DNA of 64,000 nucleotides from Octopus sinensis. Taxonomy: Eukaryota. The notes beneath the pieces were generated by a model. It ran no database searches. It saw only the letters and a list, made by a program, of their open reading frames with translations, and was not told the origin of the DNA. This document shows positions 23,860-36,971 of this stretch, in pieces. Each line of letters begins with the position of its first letter. Position 1 is the first letter of the stretch. Location: the NCBI RefSeq assembly GCF_006345805.1, contig NC_043003.1:22816001-22880000 (forward strand), given 5' to 3'. The translations under genes and the position numbers were made by a program.

Positions 23860-23960
23860 TATATGTATGTATGCAAGTTTTGAATGCAAGCATACATGCG
23901 TTGTTGCATGTATGTATGTTTACAAGCATACATGTGTTGTTGCGTGCAAGACAAATTATC

Positions 23961-24163
23961 TCACGATGCTCCGGGCCAATCAGCTGGCAAAAATGAGTAG
24001 TATCTGTATTTCTAAGGGTCAGCCTTGTCACATTCTGTGTCACGCTGAAAATCCCTGAGAACTACGTTATGCTTACTTATGTCTGTGGTGTACTCAGCCA
24101 CTTGCATGTTAAGTTCAAGAGCAGGTTGTTCCCTTGATCGGATAACTGGGACTCTCGTCGTCG
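23961..24163 (+). mobile_element. SINE D plus tail 1, 5'-truncated older copy
   Basis: cagctggcaaaaatgagtag..cttgtcac..tgtgtcacgctgaa..cagccacttgcatgttaa..ctcgtcgtcg. Confidence 0.75.
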
Positions 24164-24238
<75 letters not shown>

Positions 24239-24971
24239 ACTTGATCTGTCTTATTTTCTCTCCCTAAATCGCTCTCTCCATTTGCATGTATGCACATTTA
24301 TTTGTATATGTATATATTACTGTATCATTTTTTCGACCAGTCGATCGAATGTTGTTACATATCTCCGGTCACAAAGCGCTTGTAACTACTTCCTGATCAA
24401 GCCATTCGCTTCCATCTCGGCCCAAATCATATATATATATATATATATATAAGCACGTATAGATTTACAGGAGATTGGTTATATGGCCGGTCATAGAGTG
24501 ACCAATAGTTTCGCATCCATAAACAGCTTAACCTTATAGACGACTCGTTAGACTACAATGGCCGTGACATATACGTATGCATATATGAACGAACATATGC
24601 ATGTATGTTGTCATAAGCTTTCCATCACGAGACATCCATTCAGGGTGAATAGTGTAAGAAGAAATCATCACTGTCACCATCACCATCACCATCATTCATT
24701 CCCACATCCATTCATTTGTTTATTCCTTTTTACGGCATTCATCTCCCTGTCAATAACATACAGACATTTCAACAGTAAATGAGAATATAATGCAGTATAT
24801 ACGTAAGCTGAAAATGCCAATGAATTTCAATGACCCGGGTTGTTGATTCATAAACATTACAACTATTCAAGAGTTTTATATCTGACTGTGTGCGGCAGAA
24901 TAACCTTCCATATTTGATAGTCTCACTGTTATAACGCTATTATCATAAGGTCAATAATAATGTTCCACACA

Positions 24972-25102
24972 GTTCCCGTCTATCGAATTCACTCAGAAGG
25001 TACTTGTCAGCCTGGGGCTGTAGTAGACACTTTCACTCGAGGTACCTCGCAGTGGACTTGAATCCGAAATAAAAAATTTGCCAAGCGTACTTCTTAACCA
25101 CA
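24972..25102 (-). mobile_element. Old SINE B 5' fragment
   Basis: ccgtctatcgaattcactca..gtagtagacactt..gcagtggacttgaatcc..cttaaccaca. Confidence 0.6.
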
Positions 25103-25428
25103 TAACGATAAAACGATAAATGCCGCCCTTTTCAAGGCTAGCCAGGCTCATGGGCCCAATTTCCCGGTTTCTGTGGCGTATGTGTTCCCCCCAGCTGGAC
25201 GGGACGCCAGTCCATCGCAGCGTTGCTCAAGGAACAGTAAACGAGAGTGAAAGAAAGTTGCGGCGAAAGAGCACAACAGGGGTCGCCACCACCCCCTGCC
25301 GGAGCCTCGTGGAGCTCTTTTAGGTGTTTTCGCTCAATAAACACACACAACGCCCGGTCTGGGAATCGAAACCGCGAACCTCCGACCGCGAGTCCGCTGC
25401 CCTAACCACTGATCCACTGCGCCTCCTC
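25103..25428 (-). mobile_element. SINE head C with tail 3
   Basis: Family C head and body, then gcgatggactggcgtcccgtccagctggg..gggcccatgagcctggctagcc tail on the minus strand. Confidence 0.9.
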
Positions 25429-25832
25429 ATAACCACACAAACATCAGAATATTGGGTAATCTTGAATATTTTTCAATGTACGTCATCTAACACATACCTA
25501 AGTTCTCCTTTTTTTGTGAAAGAAACTCTAAATGAATTTACAAAAGCAAACATGTCGATAATCTCTTACATAAGCGTAAGATATTTTCAGGGTGTGTGTG
25601 TGTGTGTGTGTGATGGGGTATGTAAGATTAAATTTGATTATATTGATTTCCAGTATTAAACTGGTATCGATATCTTCTGTTATCGAACCTGAAAGGGTGA
25701 AAAGAAAAATCAGTACATGTGAAACACGAAGTATGGCTGTAAATAGAGGTAACCATATCCCGCGAGGCATTTATGCCTACGCACTATATAAGGCCCTGCT
25801 ATTCAGCGCTCGTTTTGAGATCAATAACTGAG

Positions 25833-26037
25833 ATTATTATTATTATTATTATTATTACTATTATTATTATTGTTATTATTATTGTTATTGTTATTGTTAT
25901 TATTATTGTTATTATTATTATTATTGTTATTATTATTATTATTATTGTTATTATTATTATTATTATTGCTATTGTTATTATTATTATTATTGTTATTATT
26001 ATTATTATTATTATTGCTATTGTTATTATTATTATTA

Positions 26038-26093
<56 letters not shown>
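25833..26093. repeat. (ATT)n microsatellite with GTT/GCT interruptions
   Basis: Direct reading. Confidence 0.95.
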
Positions 26094-26096
<3 letters not shown>

Positions 26097-26378
26097 ATTC
26101 ATCGATTTACGTTTAAACGTCTCTGTACAATTAACTATTTTTCATATGAGAATTGTTAATTGATAAGAAGTAACAAGGGGATTCTCGATTGAAAATAAAA
26201 AAAAAAAATAAATAAAATAAAATTTAAATTGAAAAATAAAAAATAAATAAAATAAAATAGAAAGTAATTAGAATATTTCTTTCAAAGGAAGAAAAAAATA
26301 CTAACTACTTGTCGTTATTGTTAGTAACACAATAAACTTAATAATAAAGGTTCACGATATGAAGGTGACGCTGCCGCA

Positions 26379-26682
26379 ACCACCACCACCACCACCACCA
26401 CCACCACCGCCACCGCCACCGCCGCCGCCACCGCTGACGACGTCGAGCACGATGAATATGATGGTTATAGTGTTGGGATTGTTGATATTGAAAATACTGA
26501 CAATGATGAAGATGATGATGAGGGGGAAGGATGCGGAGCGGAGGATGCGGAGGAGGAGGATGAGGAGGAGGGAGAGGTGGATAAGGAAGAGAATTATAAT
26601 AATGGATGATGGAAATGGTGATGATGAGTATGATGATAACAGTGACAATGATAGCAATAACGATGTTAATAACCGTGATGGC

Positions 26683-26734
<52 letters not shown>

Positions 26735-26754
26735 TAATAATAATGATATTAATG

Positions 26755-26802
<48 letters not shown>

Positions 26803-26813
26803 TAATAATAATG

Positions 26814-26846
<33 letters not shown>

Positions 26847-26885
26847 TAATAATAATGATATTAATAATAATAATGATAATAATAA
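26379..26885. repeat. Compound (CCA/CCG)n, (GAT)n, (GAG)n and (TAA)n low-complexity tract
   Basis: Direct reading. Confidence 0.9.
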
Positions 26886-27818
26886 TACTAGTAGTCACAA
26901 TGGTTTTAGCATTTAATGGTAATAATGTTAGTAATAGTAGTAGTGGTTGTAGTGATGGTAATTGTAGCGGTAGATGGGTGCGTCGGTAAGTTATTGTTGA
27001 AGGTGATACAATAATAACGGCAGAGCTTGACAGAAACTCCAAGGAAAGAGAAATGAAGGAAGAAGGTAAATAAGGGAAGAAAAGGAGGATACAAGGAAAG
27101 AACGAAATTGAAAATATAATGAAATGAAATACATTATGAACGAATGAAAAGGAAAGAAATCAAAGCAGAAAAAATGGAGAACAACCGAAGGAAATTAATA
27201 AAGAAATTGCATGACTGAGAGAAAGGAGGAGTGAAGGTAAGAGAGTGAGAGAGAGAGGGAGAGATAAAGGAGAGAGAGTAAGAGAGAGAGAGAGAGTGAG
27301 TCAGAGAGAGAGAGAATGAGTTAAAGGAGAGAAAAGAAGAGCGATGAATAGGGAGACAAAGAGAGTGAGTTTAAGCAGGAGATAGTGTAAGATTGACAAA
27401 AAAGGATAGAAAGAGAGACAGAGAGAGATAAAGGAGAGAGAGAGAGAGAATGAGAAAGAGAGACAGCTAAAGGACAGGAGAGAAAAGAAGAGCGATGAAT
27501 AAAGAGACAGAGAAAAAAGAAGAGAAATAGAGACAGAGAGATACATAGATAGACAGAGAGAGAGAGCAAGAAAGAAAGTTATAGAAGGGTAGAGAGAAAG
27601 AGAACGAAAATTAAATTAAATAAAGAACACGAAACTACAGAAAGAAGAATTCTTTAGAAGGAAAATAAATAAATGAATGACGTAACTGAGTGAAAGAGAT
27701 TTTTAAGGAGGAGAGAGAGATGGAAAGACTAATAACGGTGAGAGAAAGAGAGTGAAACAGAAAGGACGTGGCAGAGGTAAAGATGAATGAGAAAAAAATT
27801 TAAAGGAAAATACAAAAC

Positions 27819-27819
<1 letters not shown>

Positions 27820-27876
<57 letters not shown>

Positions 27877-28090
27877 TAATAATATAATAATATAATAATA
27901 ATAATTAGAAGAAGGAGAAGAAGAAGAAGAAGAAGAAGAAGAAGAAGAAGAAGAAGAAGAAGAAGAAGAAGAAGAAGAAGAAGAAGAAGAAGAAGAAGAA
28001 GAAGAAGAGAAGAAGAAGAAGAAGAAGAAGAAGAAGAAGAAGAAGAAGAAGAAGAAGAAGAAGAAGAAGAAGAAGAAGAAGAAGAAGAAG
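27820..28090. repeat. (TAA)n followed by about 60 units of (GAA)n
   Basis: Direct reading; GAA tract at 27907-28090. Confidence 0.95.
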
Positions 28091-28964
28091 AAGGGGAATA
28101 CAGCCGAGAAGGCACTATTGACTGAATGAGTGGATGAATGAATGAATGAATGAACAGATAAATAAAAACTATGGGGAAAAGGAAACAAATGTGAAGCGAG
28201 AATGAATAAGTTCATAGAAAAGGTAGGTTAAAAAAAAATAGAAGTGGGGGAAAATACTTAAAAAATACTTAATTCAAGAAAATAAAATATACATCCAATT
28301 CTTAGAAAGAACTTTCAGAAATGAAAATCGAACAAAAACAAGTGATGTGATGTTGAAAAAGAAAGAAAAAGAAAGCTTGATAAATAAATAAATGAAATGA
28401 AATGAAATGAAATGAAAGAATGAAGAAAGAGCAGGGTAAGAGTTGTTGTTTTGTGAATGGTTAACAATTTGGATTGAAAGTATGACGTAATATGGAGAAG
28501 AAGGTTGAAAACCGAACGAGCTGACGGGTTTACTTAGTGTAATACGAAGTTGATTCTTTTCGAATGAAAGGCATTGATAAAAGAAAAGGGAAATGGTGGT
28601 AGTGGCGATGGTGGTGGTGGTGGTGGTGGTGGTGGTAGTGGTGTTAGGGATAAGTAACGTTGAGTAGGGTGGAGGGAGAAAGAGTATATAAGAAAGTAGA
28701 GGGGAAAGGGATGGAGAAAATAGAAACAGAGGCAGGGGTAAAAAAAAACAGAAGGAAAGGTGAAGGAGGAGGAGGAGAAAAGGGGGAGGAAAGAACGAAA
28801 CGAACCGTACGAAATTGAAATTTCGGTAAAAATTGGAAGAGGTGACAGAAAATGTTGAGTGATGGTACAAAGATATTTCAATTCTGTATTTGTGACTGTG
28901 TGTGTGTATGTGTGTGTGAAAGAGAGAGAGAGAAAGAGAGAAAGAAAGAGCTGGTGTGCGCGTC

Positions 28965-28977
28965 TATCTATCTATCC

Positions 28978-29060
<83 letters not shown>

Positions 29061-29151
29061 AAGATGTTTCTATCCATAAATAAACACATACACAGATACA
29101 CACGTTTGCATATAGACATACAAATATGTATGTCTCTGTATATATTATACA

Positions 29152-29192
<41 letters not shown>

Positions 29193-29301
29193 GTACACAT
29201 ATCCCATATATATAGCAACATATATATATATATGTATATATATATCAATATATATATATATACGTACACATATCCCATATATATAGCAACATATATATAT
29301 G

Positions 29302-29350
<49 letters not shown>

Positions 29351-29381
29351 GTAAAAATCTTGCACAACAAATATTTAAACG

Positions 29382-29435
<54 letters not shown>

Positions 29436-29466
29436 CGTAAAAATCTTGCACAACAAATATTTAAAC

Positions 29467-29500
<34 letters not shown>
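28965..29500. repeat. (ATCT)n and (TA)n tracts containing two duplicated non-TA cassettes
   Basis: 30 bp cassette at 29191 and 29262; 34 bp cassette at 29349 and 29435. Confidence 0.9.
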
Positions 29501-29501
<1 letters not shown>

Positions 29502-29851
29502 CAAAATTCTACCATGCATACAATGCCTCTACCCACACAAAAAAAAATCCATAACGCCTCTCCTCACACCCACAAAAAAATCCATAACGAACGTAGAAAG
29601 CGTATTCGTTTTTCGTTAGTCTTTATATTTTCGTTACCGTTCTTGCAATTGTGAAGTTTAGTGACGTAAAATTACCTTTCTAACAATTGGAACAAAATGG
29701 TAAGCGTCATCTGGGTAGTGAAGCGAAAGAAGGATTTGAAATAACTGTAGATGAGGCAGGTACTTAAGAGCTAGAAAAACAATGGAAAAGGAAAATATCT
29801 TGATAAAATTACACACTACCTGTCTACCTATCTGTGGTTTCCACTCTTTCC

Positions 29852-29854
<3 letters not shown>

Positions 29855-29884
<30 letters not shown>

Positions 29885-30107
29885 TGTATGTATGTATGTA
29901 TGTATGTATGTATGTATGTATTTATGTATGTATGTATTTACCTATGTATGTATTTATGTATGTATGTATTTATGTGTGTATGTATTTATGTATGTATGTA
30001 TTTATGTAAGTGTGTATGTGTATGTATGTCTGAATGCGTGTATGTATATACGTACATATGTGATTCTGTCCATATATACATGTATACATACCTACATACA
30101 TGCATTC

Positions 30108-30197
<90 letters not shown>
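29855..30197. repeat. (ATGT)n and (GATA)n microsatellites
   Basis: Direct reading. Confidence 0.95.
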
Positions 30198-30805
30198 TTG
30201 AAATTTATAGAAAGGCAAAAGACGAAGACAGGTGTATGAACGACAAACAGGTGAATTAGTTTCACTCACGGAAAAATGAAGAAGTCTTTTACGATTCGAG
30301 CCTACGGCCTTGTGTGAGGTGGACAGGAATGAAGAGAGGAAGCAGGTGTGAAATGAAGAGAGGGGGGAGTTACGTGAGGAGAGGAGGTGGAGTTAGATAA
30401 AGAAAGGAGGAGGGTTGAGCCCATATGGCTCAAAGAAACGAAGAGTGAAGATCAATTCCTGTTCACACCGAAGGCAGTAGTCCGGATGGCCCCTGTGCAA
30501 AGACATTCCGAACACAGACAGATGTTGTAATGAAGGATCGGTAGAGCGGAAATAGTGCGAGACTGGGGTGTCATTGCCGGGTCTGATGCATCGGAAATGC
30601 TCCACGAACCAGTCAGCCAAGCGCCGTCCCGTTTGACCGATGTACAGAGAAGGGTAGGAAGAGCAGGATATATATATATGTGGTTCAAATGTACAGAAAA
30701 CAAAAGACGAAAACAGGTGAAGAAACAACAATGTAAATTGGTTTGAGGCTCGGGAAGAATGGAGAATATGTCTTTGAAGTTTCGTGCCTACGCTCTTCAA
30801 CAAAA
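30197..30805 (-). mobile_element. Penelope-like element fragment: pLTR - GIY-YIG endonuclease - pLTR, no RT
   Basis: Diverged direct repeats at 30197-30320 and 30683-30805 flank an endonuclease-coding segment. Confidence 0.8.
30393..30680 (-). pseudogene. GIY-YIG (Uri-type) endonuclease domain of a Penelope-like retroelement
   Basis: IYISCSSYPSLYIGQTGRRLADWFVEH..PVSHYF..HLSVFG..CEQELIFTL..PYGLN shows the IY..YIGQT..R..EH, catalytic E and terminal P.GLN signature. Confidence 0.85.
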
Positions 30806-30835
30806 ATAGATGAGAGAAAAGACATGGATATATAT

Positions 30836-30881
<46 letters not shown>

Positions 30882-31439
30882 GTATGATTACGTGCGTGTT
30901 ATATCGGCAGAAAAAATTACGAAAATTACGAAAGCCTTTCGTTCATGGAGATCACCAAACTATAACTGATATTTACAAAAAAAACTCGGCTCTTGGATCA
31001 CTTGTCTATACGTATATACAATTGAAAAGAAAAAAATACAAAAAAAAAATGAAAAGAAAAACAGAACAACAAAACTTTCAAGATATGAATCTGAAAGTCA
31101 TGCTGCACCCTTATTTCCATTGAGAGAAGTATTTATATTAATCACAAACCATAGCACAAATGTGGTTTGTTTTCTACCAAAGCTATTGTGTAAGTATTTA
31201 TTTATTACAGGATGTTTGGTTGTTCAGAAACCCAACATAGAGCAATAAAGAAATATGGATATTATCACTAATATTGTAGACTGCATTCTATTACTACAAT
31301 ACCTTTGTTTGAGACAGCTTATGAAACATGTAAGTAATAAACGGGTGCTATTATATATGCATATCCATTACAATGTGTACATTTTATAAACGCATATAGA
31401 TATACACACACATGCATACATACACACACACACACACAC

Positions 31440-31502
<63 letters not shown>

Positions 31503-31514
31503 GCATGTACTTGT

Positions 31515-31689
31515 GTGTCTTTGTGTTTGTTTCCCTGTAAATCTAGTATTTCGACAAAAGAACTCGACACACTAAGCATCAGCTTTAAAATATATACTAG
31601 GATCGATTTTTTCCGGCTAACCCTACGAGGTGGTGCTCCAGTATGGACGCAGTCGAATGATTGTAACAAGTAAATTCAAAAGAGTAAAG
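31515..31689 (+). mobile_element. Old SINE B-related 3' fragment
   Basis: ggtggtgctccagtatggacgcagtcgaatgattgtaacaagtaa tail. Confidence 0.6.
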
Positions 31690-32029
31690 GGACACAAATG
31701 TGAGTGATAACATTCAGACAGACTCCAACGTTTCTCGAACTTTCTTTGTCATGGAGACAGTGTTAAGCTTAATGTTGCAGGCTAATTTGTGGATATCTTA
31801 ATTCTAATTGCAGTAGTGATATTTATGACGATGATAGTTATTGTTGTTGCTGTAATCTTACTCGAAGTCAGCAACGTTCGCGCGATGATCAAAGGTGTTT
31901 CATCTGTGATCAAGCCATTCTTTTTATCTATCCATCGTGTATAAATCATGCGAGAAACCGAAGAAGTTCGAAGTGAATCATATTAGTTCTTGTTGAGAGA
32001 TAAAATGCTAAAATGAAAACGTAAACCAC

Positions 32030-32600
32030 TAAAGAGGTTTATAAGGACAAAGACTGATAAAATTCAGCCAAGTTACAAACGCAGAACCTGTAGTAGAGAA
32101 AGCGACATTAACGATCTACTAAACGAGGGCAGTAAGCTACTAGTAAAAGAGTATAAACGTAAGTATTAATGCATTGATAAAAGGGAAGAGTGGTATGAAC
32201 TCGAATCAGAAGTTACAATATTGAATGATAATTATATTTCATGAGCTTTCGCCAAAGTGTCTCACTTCACTACTGAAGCAAGGATGCCCGATATGCTTGT
32301 AAAGAGCATTGGGGCAAAATCATTGACTTCGCAATTTCAGACGGTCGTAGAGCTGATATTTAAAAAGCTAAGAAAATTTAGAAATGTCAGGAGCTAACCG
32401 CGGAAATAAAGGGACTGTCGAACAAAAGGGTGAAAAGTGTTCCCGTTATAATTGGTAAACTGACATATCTTCCAGAATGCTAGCTAAGAGGCTGATGGTT
32501 ACTGAAAGTTAGAAACGTATTGTCGACTCGCAGAAAATGTCATCCTGTATTCTCCAAGGGCGTTAATAAAGGTCGTTCAGATTTGAGGAGTCGTTTCATC
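32030..32600 (+). pseudogene. Heavily decayed 3' end of an RLE-type (R4/Dong-like) LINE
   Basis: Broken frames give KEYKR, EWYE, EARMPD, KIIDFAISDGRR, K.QELTAEIKGL and VPVIIG, the order of the RLE PD..D-x-K domain. Confidence 0.6.
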
Positions 32601-32685
32601 CAACGTCAAGATAACATCTCTGTTATCTAAGTTAGCATATAATATCTTTTGTTTCAACAATAGTAACAACAACAACAACAACAAC

Positions 32686-32900
32686 AATGGTTTCAAATTT
32701 TAGTACAAGCCAGCAAGTTCAAGGGAGGAGGTAAGCTGATTACATCGACCCCAGTGCTCAACTAGTACATATTTTATCGACCTCAAAAGGATAAAAGGCA
32801 AAATCGACCATGGCAGCATCGAAACCCAGAACATGAAGACAGACGAAGTACCACTAAGCATTTCGCCCGGCGTGCTAACGATTCTGCCGGCTCAGCTCCT
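32686..32900 (-). mobile_element. SINE family A (A2 tail) inserted between (AAC)n and (TAA)n
   Basis: gattacatcgaccccagtgct, gcatttcgcccggcgtgctaacgattctgcc. Confidence 0.85.
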
Positions 32901-32946
32901 TAATAATAATAATAATGATAATAATAGTAATAATAATAATGATAAT

Positions 32947-33383
32947 ATGGCCTGATTTAGTACCAGGCAATGGCAGTCATAGATTTTGATCTTAACTGAT
33001 TGGAAGTGTTATCATGTACATAGTTTTGTCTTGGTATAAAAGATGGGCTTCATCAAATATTCTGTTCAATACCACAGATTTGCTTGTCAGTTGTTTGACC
33101 TTAACCAGTTGAGCATGTCCCTTAGTGGCTGACGATATGTGCATCTCTGATCACGAGCAGAAGTAGTGGCGGAGCATCATAGCCATGTGTTGAGAGGGAT
33201 TATTTGGGGTTTGAATGATTCACCTGTGAAAGCATGGGTGTTTTGTTCATCATTCTTAAACAAGCCTTATCCAGGGACCTTTTGAGCGAGGGACCTTTTG
33301 AAGAAAAATTCTGACTGGGCTCCTTAGGTTTCGTATATTTGTACCCCAGTATCACTCTGATGGCATGCGCTGCTCCCTCACTC
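32947..33383 (+). mobile_element. TAA-flanked non-coding element, copy 1 (internally deleted)
   Basis: Aligns with 38661-39232; (TAA)n on both sides. Confidence 0.85.
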
Positions 33384-33402
33384 AATAATATTAATAATAA
33401 TA

Positions 33403-33463
<61 letters not shown>

Positions 33464-33521
33464 CAATAGTAATGATGTCGATGATGATGATGATGGTTAT
33501 GATGATGATGATGAAGATGAT

Positions 33522-33725
33522 GAGTTCACATTTTGGTACAAGGCAGCAATTTGGGGAAGGGGACTATCGGTTACATCAATCTCAATGCTCGATTGGCTGT
33601 TACATCGTTGATTACGGAAAGGCAAAGTCGACCTCATCAGAATTTGACCACAGAACTTAGTGACGAATGAAATACCGGTATGCATTTCTTCCAGCATGCT
33701 AACGATTTTGCCAGCTCACTGCCTT
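33522..33725 (-). mobile_element. Older SINE family A (A2 tail) between (GAT)n and (TAA)n
   Basis: gaaaggcaaagtcgacctc, gcatgctaacgattttgccagctcactgcc. Confidence 0.8.
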
Positions 33726-33726
33726 A

Positions 33727-33808
<82 letters not shown>

Positions 33809-33876
33809 GTGCCCCAGCATGGCCACAGCTCATGAGCTGAAACTGGAATCAATCAATCAATCAATAATGATAATAA

Positions 33877-36640
33877 TTAGAAAGACCTGTCGATTCTTAA
33901 TGAAATCAGCAAACAAGCAACGCTACTGAGCAACAAAAAGAGAACAAAAATGCTCCGCAAATATAACATCACAGAAAAAGATTTGCCGGAGATAAAAGAA
34001 AAGCTGAAGCAAGATATCCTTGCCAAAGCTCAAAGGATCCACCGGTACGAGAAACGCCAACGCTTCTTTGAACAGAACAAAAAGTTCAACTCCGACCCCA
34101 AAAAGTTCTACCAAGAACTGGGCAAAAATAAATAGAAGTCACTGCAGCACCAACGGCAGAAGATTGGAAGAATTCTGGAAAGAAATATGGTCGGCGAACG
34201 AACAGCCAAAAAAAAGGAGTATGAAAATAACAAACTCGGCATCTGAACAACTTTGGACCCCCATAACAACTGAAGAGGTCACCCAGGCACTGCAAAAACT
34301 AAGCAACTGGAAGGCACCTGGGCATGACAAGATCCCCAACTTCTGGTTGAAATATCTAACAGGAATGCACAAAAAGCTGGCTGAAAACTTTAACAGCATA
34401 CTAGCAGAGCCAGAGACAATGCCTGAATGGCTCACGAAGGGGAAAACCATCTTAATTCCCAATCAAATGAAACAACAACCAGAAAACTACAGACCAATAA
34501 CCTGCCTCCCTACTATGTTCAAGGCATTTACTGCAGTGATATCGCAAAGGCTGAACAAGCACCTGGACGAAACAAACTGTTCCCAGAAGAGCAGAAAGGA
34601 TGCCGCAGGGCTCATATGGCTGTAAAGATCAACTAATGATTAATAAGCCGTAACTGAAGACAGCCACAGAAAGAAGAAAGGCCTCAGTATGGCCTGGATA
34701 GACTACAAAAAGGCGTTTGATAGCATCCCCCCACATGGATCCTCGAAACACTAGCCATTAACAAAGTAGCACCAACAATCATAAATTTCATAGAGCACTC
34801 TATGAATAAATGGCAAACAGTCCTACACCTCCAAACAAAAGAGGGACTCATGAAAACCAAAGACATCCCCATTAGAAAGAATATTCCAGGGAGACACGCT
34901 CTCTCCACTCCTTTTTCTTGGCACTGTCACCTCTATCTGATATGCTAAATAGAACTGGATGCGGATATAAATGTTACGGCAAAACGATCAGCCACCTTTT
35001 ATATATGGATGACCTAAAACTATACGCTGCAAATGACAAACAGCTGGAAACACTATTAAAGACAGTTCATCATGGATTTACCAAAGAAATAGATATGAAA
35101 TTTGGATTAGAAAAATGCGCCAAAGTAACCATGAAAGAGGAAACTAGTTAAGAGTAACAACATCACACTAGATAAAACCAATGAAATAAAAGAATTAGAC
35201 CAAAGCCAAACTTACAAATACTTAGGATCCATGAACTAGATAAGACACAACACACACAAATGAAAGAGAAAATAAAAAAAGAATATTATAGACGAGTTAG
35301 ATCAATACTAAAAACAGAGCTCAATGCTAAAAACAAGATAATAGGTATCAACACTTTAGCTGTCCCAGTTACAGCTACAATATCCTAACTAGACACGAAA
35401 TGAACTGTCCAAATAGATAGGAAAACAAAAAAATACTGACAGGATCTAGGATGCATCACCCAAAATCTGACATAGAAAGACTATATATACAACGTATAGA
35501 AGGTGGTAGAGGCCTTATACAGCTGGAAAACTACTATAAAATAACCACCATAGGACTGCAAAAATACCTACTTCAGAAGGAAGGAAAACTGATCCAGATA
35601 GCAGCAAAACACGAGCAAAACAAAAAACTGTTCTCAGTATTTAGGAAGCTGACAAATACAAACAAGAAATAATACCACCTAATAAACACAAAGAAGAAGA
35701 AGAAGATGATGAAGAAACACACAAAAGCTATAAAACAAATGAAATCCAAACTAAAATAGAACAGCAACGAGCCATGATAAACGATGGCAAGAAAAACCCC
35801 TTCATGGTAAATACTGCACTAAACTAAACGCAAAAGAAATAGACAAAGAAAAATCCCAGCATGGTTGAGAAGTTCAGGACTCAAAGCAGAAACAGAGGGA
35901 TTTTTAATTGCAGCACAAGACCAAAGCCTCCCCACCAGAAATTACCAAAAACATGTAATGAAAAGAATATTACAAGTAACTGCAGAATATGTGGAGATGG
36001 ACAAGAATATAAATCATATTATCTCTAGCTGCCCAGTCCTGGTTAAGAAGGAATATATTCACAGACATGACAGAGTTGGAACCTACATACATTGGAAGCT
36101 ATGCCAACATTATGGAATAACAACAGAAAAAGATGGTATATGCACACACCAGAAAAGGTCACAGAAACGAGAAAGCAACCATACTCTGGGATATGCCGAT
36201 ACACACAGATAGAGAAATTAAGGCCAACAGACCAGATATAGTTGTCAGAGATCATGAAGAAAAAAATGCTTTCTAATTGATGTATCAATACCGGCAGATG
36301 ACAACGTGTCTCTAAAAGAAATGGAGAAACTCTCAAAATACAAAGACCTGGAAATAGAGGTAACTAGAATGTGGAACCTGAAAACAGAAACAATTCCTAT
36401 CATAGTAGGTGCATTAGGCATGATAAAAAATATTCAGACAATACATAACAAAAACACCAGGACTCACAAACACATATAACATACAGAAAATTGCACTACT
36501 AGGCACTGCACACATCCTACGCAGAACACTTTCCATACAATAACCATCAGAGCATCACAACAAATCACAGCACATACCCAAGGCACACAGAGCTGCGCTC
36601 GGTAGTGAAGTGAAAGCACGCTAAAAAAATAAAACTACTG
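33877..36640 (+). mobile_element. 5'-truncated, frameshifted R4/Dong-like non-LTR retrotransposon (RT, CCHC knuckle, RLE) inserted in (TAA)n
   Basis: WKAPGHDKIPNFWLK, PENYRPITCLPT, QKGCR, AWIDYKKAFDSI, IFQGDTLSP, LLYMDDLKLY, GGRGL, ETEGFLIAAQDQ, NHIISSCP..YIHRHD, RPDIV, LIDVSIP, KEMEKLSKYKDL and PIIVGALG. The 3' UTR (36544-36640) runs into TAA repeats, and TAA lies at the 5' junction. Confidence 0.9.
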
Positions 36641-36744
36641 AATAATAATGATAATAATAATAAATATTATAATAATAATAATTTTCTAATGTTTTCTTGA
36701 ACATTAGAACAATACTATATGCAAAACCAAATGTATGACACCCC

Positions 36745-36910
36745 CAAGGACAGACAAACGGATTAAGGCGATTATATCGATCCCAGTGCGTAACTGGTAC
36801 TTATTTAATCGACCTCGAAAGGATGAAAGGCAAAGTGGACCTCGGCGGAATTTGAACTCAGAACGCAGAGGCAGACGAAATACCCCGGCATGCAAACGTT
36901 TCTGCCAGCT
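36745..36910 (-). mobile_element. SINE family A partial copy
   Basis: caaggacagacaaacggattaag..gcggaatttgaactcagaacg..aacgtttctgccagct. Confidence 0.85.
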
Positions 36911-36911
36911 A

Positions 36912-36971
<60 letters not shown>

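Noticed and set aside
26359-26805. Pro-rich 148 aa ORF
   Set aside because: Concatenated CCA, GAT, GAG and TAA repeats.
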